64,000 nucleotides of DNA from assembly GCA_965246885.1 (NCBI GenBank), contig OZ251992.1, positions 1,184,001-1,248,000 of the forward strand. Direction: 5' to 3'. The stretch is from Abditibacterium sp. GTDB taxonomy: Bacteria > Armatimonadota > Abditibacteriia > Abditibacteriales > Abditibacteriaceae. Below are positions 1-9,716 of this stretch, one piece after another. Within the stretch, counting starts at the first letter, position 1; the number at the start of each line of letters is the position of its first letter. The translations under genes were made by a program, and so were the position numbers. Under the pieces are notes generated by a model. The model ran no database searches. It had not been told where the DNA came from and saw only the letters and a program-made list of their open reading frames with translations.

Positions 1-1868
1 TCCGCCAACCCCAAACGCAACCACTTGAGGGCCAAGGCGCGCGCCGACGGGACGGGCCAAACGGCCTCGACTGCGCTCTCGAAGCGGCCCATGCCCGCCA
101 GATGCTGACCCCACAGGAGGCGCAACTTCTGGGCGTCGTCGCGGTGCTTCTGGTCGCGTTCCAAGCGCGTGACGGCATCGGCGAACGCGCCGCGCAAGCG
201 GGCAATCTGAACCGCGCGCTCATGGTTGCCCGCCAGCCACCACGCCCGCACCACGATTCCCGGCGCCAGTTCCCGCCCTTCGGCCAAGCGCGCCGCCAGT
301 TCCATCTGGCCCGCTTCTTCGAGGAACGCCACCGCTTCCGCGACGTTTTGGAGTAGCTCCGCAAGCACGAACGCCGCTTTCTGCCAGTCGCCCGCCGCCT
401 TCAACTTCTCGAAAGCGTTCCGATAAAGCCCGCGCAGCTTCGCCTCGATCTCCGGCCCGAAGTTCAGCGACCCGCTCGTCGGCAGATTGGCAAACGACAG
501 CCCCAACTCGCCCCGCGCCGATGGCAACCCCAGCGCGGGCGGCGGCGTCCACAGGCCCTCCGACTTGCCCCCAAGGGCGATGGCGCTTCGCAGTGCCGCT
601 TCCAAGTCGCCGCGCTCGAAGAGTTCCATCGAGCGCAACAAGTAACGCGCCTGCGCGCGTCCCAAGCGCTTGAACAGCCCGCTTTGCATCGCCCCGCGCG
701 CCAACAGGCGCCGCCACGCGTCCATTAGGTCGTCGTGCTCTTTGGGCTTGGTTGGCCCCGTGCCCGCCTTGCGTTTGCTCAGGCGCTCGCGCAGCCAGCG
801 CGCGAAGCGCCCCTCGCCCTTGGCACCCGTCGTGCCCGATGGGGGAGGGGCAGGCGCTCCCGATACCGGAACCGGCACATTCTGGCGTCCCACCAAGCGG
901 CCCAGTAGGTTCATGCGCCGCCCGATATGCAGCGCAATAACGAGGAACAGAAACGCCCCGTTGAGCGCGTCCGGGTTCCTGACTGACGCGAGCACCACGC
1001 CCAACCCAACGAGCGCCAGTGCCGCCCAGCGCACGCGATCCGACACAAAGAGCGGCGGTATCTTGCGCGCCGGGTTAGACTCTGGCGGTGCTGCGCGCCG
1101 CCAGAGGGCGGTCGCAACGCCGAGGGCCATTACCACCGCGAGCACGCTCCCTGCCGACACCGGCGCCGCCGTTGGCGCCAGCGTCATCGCCAGAAAAAAT
1201 AGCAGCGCCCCGCCCAGCACGAGCGCCGCCGCGAGCACAATCGCCCCGTCCGACGCCACGATCTTTCCTTCCACTTCCTGCGGCGGCGTGAAGAAGCGGC
1301 CCCATTGGTGCAGCCAAAACCCCGGCGCGAAGTCGCGGAGCAGAGCGCCCTTTTCGCCGCGCTCCCAGATGGTCTGCCATTTTACTTCCGGTGCCCCGAT
1401 GCCAAGCTCGCCGCGCACATCGAGCGCGAGCGGCGCCATCGCCGTTGGAATCAGTGGCACCTCACCCAGCGCCGCCGTTTCGGGCGCTTCCCACGCGCCC
1501 ACATCGAGCCAACTGGAAACATCCACCGTTCGCCCATCCTCCAGCGCATGCCAATCGCCGCCCTCGACCACCCACACGCCCGCGCCCAGTTCTGTTGCTT
1601 CGCCCGCTTCCAACGGAGCCGCGAGCAACCGCCCACCGTCGCGCACGAACGGCAGCGCGGGCGCGCTTTGCACCCGCACCGGTTCGGGCGACGGCAGATG
1701 CAACACGTGTCCCCACGCGAACTCTTCCAAGCGCGCGCCGCTTTGCCACAGCGCCCACACCTTTGGGCGCAAGGCCGCGTCATCCACGAGGGCGCGCGGA
1801 AACCCCCACGCCGCCACTTCCACTATGCCCCGAAACGCCAACCGGCGCGGGGCGAGCAATGTTGGCAT
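1..1868 (-). CDS. bpX6-domain/TPR-like protein of MoxR-vWA-beta-propeller ternary conflict system (3' end runs off the window)
   Basis: Not in ORF track because no stop inside window. Manual translation from ATG 1868: MPTLLAPRRLAFRGIVEVAAWGFPRALVDDAALRPKVWALWQSGARLEEFAWGHVLHLPSPEPVRVQSAPALPF...; later AQARYLLRSMELFERGDLEAALRSAIAL, AAFVLAELLQNVAEAVAFLE, AVEAVWPVPSARALALKWL, all typical of bpX6 proteins. Confidence 0.8.
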   Translation of the reverse strand, partial: MPTLLAPRRLAFRGIVEVAAWGFPRALVDDAALRPKVWALWQSGARLEEFAWGHVLHLPSPEPVRVQSAPALPFVRDGGRLLAAPLEAGEATELGAGVWVVEGGDWHALEDGRTVDVSSWLDVGAWEAPETAALGEVPLIPTAMAPLALDVRGELGIGAPEVKWQTIWERGEKGALLRDFAPGFWLHQWGRFFTPPQEVEGKIVASDGAIVLAAALVLGGALLFFLAMTLAPTAAPVSAGSVLAVVMALGVATALWRRAAPPESNPARKIPPLFVSDRVRWAALALVGLGVVLASVRNPDALNGAFLFLVIALHIGRRMNLLGRLVGRQNVPVPVSGAPAPPPSGTTGAKGEGRFARWLRERLSKRKAGTGPTKPKEHDDLMDAWRRLLARGAMQSGLFKRLGRAQARYLLRSMELFERGDLEAALRSAIALGGKSEGLWTPPPALGLPSARGELGLSFANLPTSGSLNFGPEIEAKLRGLYRNAFEKLKAAGDWQKAAFVLAELLQNVAEAVAFLEEAGQMELAARLAEGRELAPGIVVRAWWLAGNHERAVQIARLRGAFADAVTRLERDQKHRDDAQKLRLLWGQHLAGMGRFESAVEAVWPVPSARALALKWLRLGLA

Positions 1869-1891
1869 AGGAAAAGTGTGGCGCGATAACT

Positions 1892-1956
1892 TGTTTGGAG
1901 TGCGCCCGTCAGGGCGTTGTCTCGAATCAACCGCCCTGACGGGCGCACTCCGAACA
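1892..1956. repeat. REP-like inverted repeat (25-bp arms)
   Basis: tgtttggagtgcgcccgtcagggcg (1892-1916) pairs with cgccctgacgggcgcactccgaaca (1932-1956), one mismatch. Confidence 0.85.
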
Positions 1957-3003
1957 TCAAAACCTAACCTGCGCCACCACCATCCGGTGGTCGGACGCAC
2001 CCATCGGCGCAACTTGCACTGTTTGGGCACGGACGCCGCGCGTCCAGATGTAGTCAATGCGCAACAGCGGGAATTTGGCCGGGAACGATAACCCCAAGCC
2101 GCTCCCCGCCCGCGCGAAGCCGTCGTCCAAACGCCCGCGCAGGTGACGATACAAGAGGCCGCGCGGCGGGGTATTGAAGTCGCCGCACAAGAGGAGCGGG
2201 GTGGTGGGGTCGGCATCGAGGGCGGCGTCGAGCGGGCCGATTTGCTCCAACCGCGCGCCTGCCGCTTGGCGCGCGTTGGGGATGATCTCACGTATCTGAG
2301 CGCGCAAGCCGCGATAAGGCGCTTGCCCGGCGAAAGAGGTCGAGATGTGCGTGGTCAACACGCGGAGCGGGCCGTGTGGGGTCGTGAGGCGCACTTCCAA
2401 CGTGCGCCGTCCGCCGCGCAAAGCGAAAGAGCGGTTGGACGCGATGGGAAAGCGCGACAGGATGCACACGTCGCCCGCGCTTGCGCTGTGCCAGCCGGGG
2501 AAGAAGCGCGCGATGGGGCGGGCGACGCTGTCTTCCCCGGCGTGGTCGAGGGGAAAGCAGACCTGCGCTTCTTGCAGGCAGATGATGTCGGGCCGCGCGC
2601 GCTCGATGTCGCTCGCCAGTTCCGCCGCCAAGCGCGTGCGCCGCCCCACGTTGTATGTCACGATGCGGAGCGCGCGCGGGGTGCGCTCCTCGCCAAGGGT
2701 CGGGTGCCAGTGCAACCCCAAAAGGGCGCTCGCCCAAAACGCGAGCAGGGCGCCGCTCCATAGCGCCCATCGAAAGCGCCGACCTCGCAACGCCGCCAAC
2801 CCGCACAACGCGGGCAGTAGTCCCCAGAGGTGCTGCGGGCAATACGCGAGAAGTGCCGTCGGCCCAGTGCGTTCGCCGACGAAATTCTCGCCGACCCACA
2901 GCGCCAGCAGACCCGCGCCCGTCCATAAACTCCACGCGCGTAATCTGTCGCGCCGTTTGGCGGGGGCAGTGGGACGGGCGGCGCGCGACGGAAGAAAAGG
3001 CAC
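1957..3003 (-). CDS. Endonuclease/exonuclease/phosphatase (EEP) family membrane-anchored protein
   Basis: N-terminal TM segments; motifs TYNV, DIICLQE, GDFN, RIDYIW, SDH. Start placed at GTG 3003; the longer ORF overlaps rng and a repeat. Confidence 0.85.
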   Translation of the reverse strand: MPFLPSRAARPTAPAKRRDRLRAWSLWTGAGLLALWVGENFVGERTGPTALLAYCPQHLWGLLPALCGLAALRGRRFRWALWSGALLAFWASALLGLHWHPTLGEERTPRALRIVTYNVGRRTRLAAELASDIERARPDIICLQEAQVCFPLDHAGEDSVARPIARFFPGWHSASAGDVCILSRFPIASNRSFALRGGRRTLEVRLTTPHGPLRVLTTHISTSFAGQAPYRGLRAQIREIIPNARQAAGARLEQIGPLDAALDADPTTPLLLCGDFNTPPRGLLYRHLRGRLDDGFARAGSGLGLSFPAKFPLLRIDYIWTRGVRAQTVQVAPMGASDHRMVVAQVRF

Positions 3004-3024
3004 CCTTTTATTTTGGCGGTGACG

Positions 3025-3171
3025 CGATGACAGACGTCTGTCGGCCAGTGGCGCACGTCTGGGAACGAATGACACAGGCGCGCCAACGAAAGAATTAAGC
3101 GCGCCAATGGATGACAGGTATACGGGAATGGAAGAATTAATCGCGCCGATAGATGACAGGTATACGGGAAT
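3025..3171. repeat. Degenerate 21-bp-period array (7 units, incl. a near-perfect 42-bp duplication)
   Basis: Units cgatgacagacgtctgtcggc / cagtggcgcacgtctgggaac / gaatgacacaggcgcgccaac / gaaagaattaagcgcgccaat / ggatgacaggtatacgggaat / ggaagaattaatcgcgccgat / agatgacaggtatacgggaat. Confidence 0.8.
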
Positions 3172-3252
3172 GGTTCTCCGTCGTTTGTTGAAGAATCCCC
3201 GACATTGGGCGCGGGGCGCGCGAAGGCTTAGACTGCGCGCACGCTGTTTCCG

Positions 3253-4902
3253 ATGTCCCGTTTGTTTCTTGTCAACGTCGAAGCGCCCGAAATTCGCGTG
3301 GCCGAAGTGCGCGATGGGCGTTTGTTCGACCTCGACATCGAGCGGGACACCCGACTGCTCGGCTCGATTTTCAAGGGCCGCGTCGAAAACATCGTTCCGG
3401 GCATGGACGCGGCGTTTGTAGATATCGGCCTCAAGCGCAACGCTCTGCTGTATGTGGGCGACGTGATTGGCGGGGAGCGCGGCGCTTCGATTGCGGCGCT
3501 GCTCAAGCCCAACCAAGAGCTATTGGTGCAAATCGCGCGGCCTCCCGTTGGAAGCAAGGGCGCGCGCGTCACGACGCGGCTCTCGCTTCCCGGTCGCACT
3601 TCGATTTTGGTCATTGGGAGCGACACGGTGGGCGTCTCGAAGCGCATCGAAGCCGATGAAGAGCGGGCGCGCTTGCGTCGCATTGCCGACCGCTTGCGGC
3701 CCCTCGATCACGGCCTGATTCTGCGCACGGAAGCCGAGGGCGCAACGGAAGCGCAAATCGCCGCCGATTTGAATACCCTCTCGCGCGGTTTGGTGGCGCT
3801 GGTGGCCAAGGGGCGCGACCAAAACGCGCCCTCGCTCATCCACGAAGATTTGGGATTGTTGGGCCGCATCGCGCGTGACCGCTTGGCCGAGGATGTGGCG
3901 GCGGTGATCATTGATTCGCGCGCCGTGTATGAAGCGTTCGCGGCGCAAGTGCGCGCTTTTTCGCCCTCGCTGGCGCGGCTGGTGCAATTGTATCCCGACG
4001 CGACGCCTTTGTTCGAGCGCTACGGCGTCGCGGACGATGTGAAGGTGGCAGGCGAGCGGTTCGTGCCACTTGCGGGCGGCGGTTCGCTCGCCATAGACGA
4101 AGCCGAAGCGCTGACGGCCATAGATGTCAACTCCGGCTCGCACGTGTCGAAAAAGGGACTCAACGATACGGCGGTGCAGGTGAACTTGGGCGCGGTGGAC
4201 GAGATCGCGCGCCAACTGCGCCTACGCGATTTGGGCGGAGTGGTCGTGGTGGACTTCATTGACATGGAGCGCACCCGCGACCGCGTGCGCGTGCTCAACG
4301 CCCTCGAAGCGGCGCTCAAAGAAGACCGGGGCCGGACGCGCATCGTGCAGATTTCGCCGTCGGGCTTGGTTGAAATGACGCGCCGCCGCGAAGGGCAATC
4401 GCTGTCGAAGACCTTGGGCGAGCCGTGCCCGCGCTGCGATGGGACGGGTTTGGTGCCTAAAGCGGAAACCTTGGGAGTTGAGGCGCGCCGCCACGTGCGG
4501 CAGATGGCGCTCGAAAACGTTGGGACGGGCATCCTCATCCTCGCTCACCCCGAAACCGCGTGCGCGATTCTGGGCGAAGATGGCGAGTGGCTGGCCGGCT
4601 TGGAACATGAAACGGGTGCCCGCATCCGTTTGCGCGTGGACGAAGAACGCGCACCGGAAGCGGTCGCCTTTGAGCGCATTTTGCCGTCAGTTCTGCTCGC
4701 CCGCGACCTGAGCGTGGGCGCGCTCCTCGTGCTGAATCTGCGCTGGCCGTTTTATCCGCGCGACCTGCCACGCTATGCGGTGTTGGGCGAAACCCTCGTG
4801 GCGCTCGAACCCATTCCCGATGCGCACGAAGGGACGATGCTGGTGGAAATCGAGGAAGTGGGGCGCCACTTCGCGCGCGGAAAGGTGGCGCCGGGGAAGT
4901 AG
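3253..4902 (+). CDS. rng: Rne/Rng family ribonuclease (RNase G-like)
   Basis: S1 domain (GSIFKGRVENIVPGMDAAFVDIG), DVNSG, DFIDM, GLVEMTR, CPRCDG Zn-link. Confidence 0.92.
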   Translation: MSRLFLVNVEAPEIRVAEVRDGRLFDLDIERDTRLLGSIFKGRVENIVPGMDAAFVDIGLKRNALLYVGDVIGGERGASIAALLKPNQELLVQIARPPVGSKGARVTTRLSLPGRTSILVIGSDTVGVSKRIEADEERARLRRIADRLRPLDHGLILRTEAEGATEAQIAADLNTLSRGLVALVAKGRDQNAPSLIHEDLGLLGRIARDRLAEDVAAVIIDSRAVYEAFAAQVRAFSPSLARLVQLYPDATPLFERYGVADDVKVAGERFVPLAGGGSLAIDEAEALTAIDVNSGSHVSKKGLNDTAVQVNLGAVDEIARQLRLRDLGGVVVVDFIDMERTRDRVRVLNALEAALKEDRGRTRIVQISPSGLVEMTRRREGQSLSKTLGEPCPRCDGTGLVPKAETLGVEARRHVRQMALENVGTGILILAHPETACAILGEDGEWLAGLEHETGARIRLRVDEERAPEAVAFERILPSVLLARDLSVGALLVLNLRWPFYPRDLPRYAVLGETLVALEPIPDAHEGTMLVEIEEVGRHFARGKVAPGK

Positions 4903-4933
4903 AAGGAGCGAGCGGCGAAAACCTCGCAAGTAG

Positions 4934-5045
4934 AGAGAGCGACTCAAGTCGCAGCCAGCAAGGTCGTCGGCCTTCGCCGACGAGTTTTATGCACTCCGTC
5001 GGCGAAGGCCGACGACCTTGCTGGCTGCGACTTGAGTCGCTCTCT
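4934..5045. repeat. Long palindrome (49-bp perfect arms), REP/MITE-like family copy 1
   Basis: 4934-4982 is the reverse complement of 4997-5045; homologous to 19340-19448. Confidence 0.92.
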
Positions 5046-5046
5046 A

Positions 5047-5727
5047 ATGAACGAATTTTCTTTGTCGCTGCTGGGTGATTCGCAGTTTGCGCGCTGGGGG
5101 CAGTGCCGCGAGCTAACGACCGAACTGACGCGGCTGTATGGGCGCTCGACGTTTGAGTTGGTCAACTACGGCTTGGAAGGGGCGCGCGTGGGCAATGCGC
5201 TCTTCCGCATTTGCGCGCCCTACGAAAGCGGCGGTCAAACGCTGCCGCCCCTGTCGTTTTCCAATCCGACGATCGTGATTTTGGAATCGTGCGCGCACTC
5301 GCAGTTTTGGGACGGGCCGGAGGGGTTGTCCGAATACCGCGACTTGCTGCGCCGCGCGTGGGAGGAGGTGGGGCGCACCACGACGGCCAAAGTCCTCTTT
5401 TGCCTGAGCGCCGCGCCGCCGCGAGACCGCTTCTTGGAAGGAAGCCCCTTGTTCGTCAATACCAGCAAGGCGACGCGCGCGCGCCACGCGGACGGCGTGA
5501 AGATGTATCTGGACGAAGCCCGCGCCATTGCGCACGACGAGGGCTGGCCGCTCGCGGACATCGGCGCGGAGATAGACAAGCGCGTCAAAGCCGGGGAATC
5601 GGTGCGCCGCTTTTGGGAGCAACACGAAGGAACAAGCCTGTCGCGCTATGGCTTCGAGGCCGCCGCCCGCGCTTTGGTGAGGGAACTGGACAACCACCGT
5701 TTTATCGAAGAACGGATGCAGAAGTAA
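5047..5727 (+). CDS. SGNH/GDSL hydrolase-fold protein (possibly inactive)
   Basis: N-terminal LLGDS block I and NYGLEG block II; DxxH block V replaced by EGTSL. Confidence 0.6.
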   Translation: MNEFSLSLLGDSQFARWGQCRELTTELTRLYGRSTFELVNYGLEGARVGNALFRICAPYESGGQTLPPLSFSNPTIVILESCAHSQFWDGPEGLSEYRDLLRRAWEEVGRTTTAKVLFCLSAAPPRDRFLEGSPLFVNTSKATRARHADGVKMYLDEARAIAHDEGWPLADIGAEIDKRVKAGESVRRFWEQHEGTSLSRYGFEAAARALVRELDNHRFIEERMQK

Positions 5728-5757
5728 GTCTTGGCGACGCGGCTTAAACTCCCGGTT

Positions 5758-7053
5758 ATGCCCATTGAACTGCGTTATGGCCGCGCGGGTCTCGACCTCG
5801 AACTGCCCTCGGATGTCCAATCTGAGGTGTTGCACCTGCACCCACTGCCGCCACTGGTTGACCCCGATGCCGCGATTCGCGCGAGCTTTGAATCGCCCAT
5901 CGGGAGCGCGCCGCTCTCCGAGTTGGCGCGGGGCAAGCGCAGCGCTTGCGTTGTGTTGTGCGACGTGACGCGGCCCGTGCCCAATGAGGCGATTCTGCGG
6001 CCCCTTGCCCAAACGCTGGAAGCTTCTGGCATCGCGCGCGATGCCTTGACGTTCCTGATAGCGACCGGGTTGCACCGTCCCAACGTCGGCGAGGAGTTGC
6101 GCGAGATGGTCGGCGACTTTCTCTACGAGAACTACCGCTTCGAGAACCACGACGCCCGCGACGAAGCGGCCATGACTTTATTGGGCGACGTCGCGTTTGG
6201 CGAGGAGCAGACCGGCGCGGGCCAGACCGCGCGCGTCGCACTCAATTCGCATTACGTCGGCGCCGAGCTAAAAATCACGACGGGCCTGTTGGAGCCGCAC
6301 TTTATGGCGGGCTATTCAGGCGGGCGCAAGGTGATTTGCCCCGGCATCGCGTCGGCTTCGACCATTCTCCAGTTCCACGCGCCGCCGATGATTGGCAACC
6401 CGCAAGCGCGCGCGGGGAACTTGGCGGCGAACCCGATTCACGCCATGAGCTTGGAAGTGGCCCGCAAAGTCGGTTGCGACTTTATCTGCAACGTCACGCT
6501 TGACGAAGAGCGGCGCATTACCGGCGTCTTTTCGGGCGATATGGAAGCCGCGCACGCTCAGGGCATCGCGTGGATTGACCAGAGCGCCAAAGTCGCGGTC
6601 GCGCCCGCGCCCATTGTCGTCACGACCAGCGCGGGCTACCCGCTCGACACTACCTTTTACCAGTGCATCAAAGGCATGGTGTGCGCCCTGCCCGCGTTGG
6701 AGCGCGGCGGCACGCTCATCATCGCCGCGAGTTTGTCCGAAGGCATCGGCGGCCCGGAGTTTTCGGCGATGTGCCATTCGCTCACAAGCGTGGAGGAGTT
6801 CCTCGCGCGCATTAACAGCCGCCCAACGGAAATAGACCAGTGGCAACTGCAAGAGATGATGCTCGCGCTTCAGCACGCGGGGCGCATCTATGTTGTGAGC
6901 GACGGCCTCGCGCCCGAAACGCTCGGCGCCTTTTTGCTGCATCCGATGCCAAGCGTCGAGGCCGCCCTTGAAGCCGCGCGGGGCACGCACGGCGCGCAGG
7001 CGCGCGCCGTCGTCATTCCCGAAGGCCCCTACGTCACGCCCGTGCCGCGCTGA
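5758..7053 (+). CDS. larA: Nickel-pincer-dependent lactate racemase family protein
   Basis: DVTRPVP, ATGLHR, NHDA, PHFMAGYSGGRK, GYPLD..YQ..K motifs. Confidence 0.9.
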   Translation: MPIELRYGRAGLDLELPSDVQSEVLHLHPLPPLVDPDAAIRASFESPIGSAPLSELARGKRSACVVLCDVTRPVPNEAILRPLAQTLEASGIARDALTFLIATGLHRPNVGEELREMVGDFLYENYRFENHDARDEAAMTLLGDVAFGEEQTGAGQTARVALNSHYVGAELKITTGLLEPHFMAGYSGGRKVICPGIASASTILQFHAPPMIGNPQARAGNLAANPIHAMSLEVARKVGCDFICNVTLDEERRITGVFSGDMEAAHAQGIAWIDQSAKVAVAPAPIVVTTSAGYPLDTTFYQCIKGMVCALPALERGGTLIIAASLSEGIGGPEFSAMCHSLTSVEEFLARINSRPTEIDQWQLQEMMLALQHAGRIYVVSDGLAPETLGAFLLHPMPSVEAALEAARGTHGAQARAVVIPEGPYVTPVPR

Positions 7054-7071
7054 TTCAACGGGAGTGGCGCC

Positions 7072-7773
7072 TCAACTGGGCGCCCAGCAAGAGGACATTT
7101 GGTCTGTGCCGCCCGTCCAAAGGAAGTTTTGCGCGACGGAGCCGGGGCGCAGCCATTTGACGTGGCCATCCACAAAAGCGTAGTTGGCGCCGTCGAAATG
7201 GCGAAGCGCGGCGGTGTCGCCGTTGGCCGGGGACACCAAGCCGTCGTTGGTGGACGCGCCTCCTTGCCCCTCTTCGGCCAGCATGATCCAGAGGTGTGCG
7301 CTGTCAAACTCGGCGAGCGCCTTGCCCCAACTGACCGCATCGGTCGGGGCGGCGGCGTTCAACACGCACGACGAGAGGGCGTACGATTGCGGCCCGCGCT
7401 CGTTGTTGGGGTCGGCGGGGCACAAAAACATGCGTCCGTTTTTCAGATAAGGTTGGAGCGAGCCAAGCGCGGGCGCAAACACCGAGTCCTTGCCCACCGC
7501 GTCGAAGTGCGAGTAAAACGTCCAACCGTTGGGCTGCCCTTCGCCGCCTGCGAGTGCCCACGCGCCGGGCAACCGCTCGTCGTAGTCCTGCTCGTACTGG
7601 GCAAAGCCGAGCGCAACCTGCTTCATGTTCGACTGGCACGAGGCTTTGCGCGCACTTTCGCGCGCACGGGTGAAAGCCGGGAAAAGAATCGCCGACAAAA
7701 TGGCGATGATAGAAATGACGATGAGCATTTCCACGAGGGTGAACGCCCTGCGGCCCGAAGAAAAGTGATGCAT
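7072..7773 (-). CDS. Prepilin-type N-terminal cleavage/methylation DUF1559 protein with H-X9-DG C-terminal motif
   Basis: AFTLVEMLIVISIIAILSAILFPAF..ARESARKASCQSNMKQ; RHFDGANYAFVDGHVKW. Confidence 0.92.
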   Translation of the reverse strand: MHHFSSGRRAFTLVEMLIVISIIAILSAILFPAFTRARESARKASCQSNMKQVALGFAQYEQDYDERLPGAWALAGGEGQPNGWTFYSHFDAVGKDSVFAPALGSLQPYLKNGRMFLCPADPNNERGPQSYALSSCVLNAAAPTDAVSWGKALAEFDSAHLWIMLAEEGQGGASTNDGLVSPANGDTAALRHFDGANYAFVDGHVKWLRPGSVAQNFLWTGGTDQMSSCWAPS

Positions 7774-7989
7774 TGGAATCCAAACGACGACTCCTTGGAG
7801 AGGCTATGCGCGAGTTCGGGAGACCGTTCGCCCACTTTCGCCGTCGCGCCCTGCAAAACACGGAAATGGCCACTCGCTGGGGGCTTTACAGGCTTAACGC
7901 CCAAAGTCCGCCAAACTCTTTTGGGCGCGGAGCGCGCAATTCACCTCCCATTTCTGCTAATCTTTTCTCGATTCCCAAGGAACACTTCT

Positions 7990-9162
7990 ATGACCAAGAA
8001 AAAAGTCGGCATTGGCCTCATCGGTTACGCCTTTATGGGCAAGACGCACTCGAACGCTTACCGTCAGGTCGGCAAGTTCTTCGATGACCTCGCGGTCGAA
8101 CCCGAAATGACCGCGCTCTGCGGGCGCAACGCCGCCAACGTCGAGCGCGCCGCCGCGCAGTTCGGCTGGAACTCGTTCGAGACGGACTGGCGCAAACTCA
8201 TTGACCGCCCCGACATCGACATCGTGGACATCTCCACCCCCGGCAACGAACACCGCGAAATGGCGATCTACGCCGCCAAAGCGGGCAAGACCGTGTTTTG
8301 CGAGAAGCCGCTTGGCAACACCTTCGACGACGCGCGCGCCATGCTCGATGCCGTCGAGCAAGCCAAAGTCATCAACATGGTGTGCTTCAACTACCGCCGC
8401 GTTCCGGCCATTGCGCTCGCCAAGCGCATGATCGAAAACGGCGACTTGGGCCGCATCTACCACTTCCGCGCGCGCTACTTGCAGGACTGGATTGCCGACC
8501 CGAACTTCCCGCTCGTCTGGCGCCTCAAGAAGGAAATCGCTGGCTCCGGCACGCTCGGCGACATCGGCGCGCACATCCTCGACATCTCCAAATTCCTCGT
8601 CGGCGACCTGACCTCCTTGTGCGGCATGACCGAGACCTTCGTCAAACAGCGCCCCTTGCAAGCCGCCACAACAGGGAGCGAGGGTTTGAACGCGCAAGCG
8701 TCGGACGAGATGGGCGAAGTCACCGTTGACGACGCCGCCGCGTGGCTGGGCCGCTTCGACAACGGCGCGATGGGCGTTTTCGAGGCCACGCGCTTCGCGC
8801 CGGGGCGCCGCAACTTCAACTCCTTCGAGATCAACGGCGAAAAGGGCAGCATCGCCTTCAACTTCGAGCGGATGAACGAACTGGAATACTTCGATAACAA
8901 CGACAAGTCCGACCGCCAAGGCTTCCGCACCATCAACGTCAACGAAAACGACCAACCCTATTCCGGCATCTACTGGCCGCCCGGCCACATCATCGGCTAC
9001 GGCGAAACGTTCATCAACACCGTCCACGACCTGCTCCAAGCCCACGCAACCGGCACCGCCACCCACCCGGATTTCCGCGTCGGCGCCTACAACAACCTCG
9101 TGCTGGACACGATAGAGAAGGCCGCCAACTCCCAGAAGTGGGAAGACGTGGCGAAGTTTTAA
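7990..9162 (+). CDS. Gfo/Idh/MocA family oxidoreductase
   Basis: IGLIGYAFMG Rossmann motif, CEKP, GDIGAH; start at ATG 7990. Confidence 0.92.
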   Translation: MTKKKVGIGLIGYAFMGKTHSNAYRQVGKFFDDLAVEPEMTALCGRNAANVERAAAQFGWNSFETDWRKLIDRPDIDIVDISTPGNEHREMAIYAAKAGKTVFCEKPLGNTFDDARAMLDAVEQAKVINMVCFNYRRVPAIALAKRMIENGDLGRIYHFRARYLQDWIADPNFPLVWRLKKEIAGSGTLGDIGAHILDISKFLVGDLTSLCGMTETFVKQRPLQAATTGSEGLNAQASDEMGEVTVDDAAAWLGRFDNGAMGVFEATRFAPGRRNFNSFEINGEKGSIAFNFERMNELEYFDNNDKSDRQGFRTINVNENDQPYSGIYWPPGHIIGYGETFINTVHDLLQAHATGTATHPDFRVGAYNNLVLDTIEKAANSQKWEDVAKF

Positions 9163-9166
9163 AGGA

Positions 9167-9210
9167 GAGCCGTATGGAGTAGGGGTGTAAGCTTCTACTC
9201 TATACGGCTC
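9167..9210. terminator. Hairpin between convergent genes (probable terminator)
   Basis: gagccgtatggagtag / ctactctatacggctc, 16-bp arms with one G-U. Confidence 0.6.
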
Positions 9211-9254
9211 AGCCTCTGCGACGCCGCAGAAAGACCAGACGCACCGCGAGAGCG

Positions 9255-9665
9255 TCAACCGTCTCCATCAAGCCATTTGGGATCGTTGGAATCGCGCTCA
9301 TACTCTGCCCACGTGCCCAGCCCGGCAGCTTGCAATTTGGCAAAATACGGCGCGTAATGCGTCCCTTCCTCGTCTGGCCACCACTTCTCGTCCTGCAAGT
9401 TCCAAATCGTGTCCGCCGTCCATCCCAGCCAGCACGGAGGCGGAGGCCACTTCTGAAAGAAAAGCAAGGCCTGGCCTTCGTCATATTGCTGGTCTTCCCA
9501 CCACTGCCACCACACCATCATCGCACTTTCACCCGCGCCCATACGCCAGCGCATCTCACAAGGGTGCGTATCTATCTCAACGGCATATGGGGGCCGCACA
9601 ACCCCATATTCGCGCACTGACTGGGCGATTGCGTCTGTTATCCATTGCTTTGGTTCTTCCGGCAT
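9255..9665 (-). CDS. Hypothetical Trp-rich protein
   Basis: Open frame with lower GC than flanks; no recognisable family. Confidence 0.6.
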   Translation of the reverse strand: MPEEPKQWITDAIAQSVREYGVVRPPYAVEIDTHPCEMRWRMGAGESAMMVWWQWWEDQQYDEGQALLFFQKWPPPPCWLGWTADTIWNLQDEKWWPDEEGTHYAPYFAKLQAAGLGTWAEYERDSNDPKWLDGDG

Positions 9666-9716
9666 GATGATGAGTCTCGCAAATATCACGTCCGTGCCGG
9701 ATGAAGCCCCGATGCC

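Noticed and set aside
102..2091. Plus-strand ORFs 102-356 and 670-2091
   Set aside because: Antisense shadows of the minus-strand bpX6 gene
7099..7989. N-terminal extension of the 687-aa Gfo/Idh/MocA ORF
   Set aside because: Antisense to the DUF1559 gene; the real start is ATG 7990
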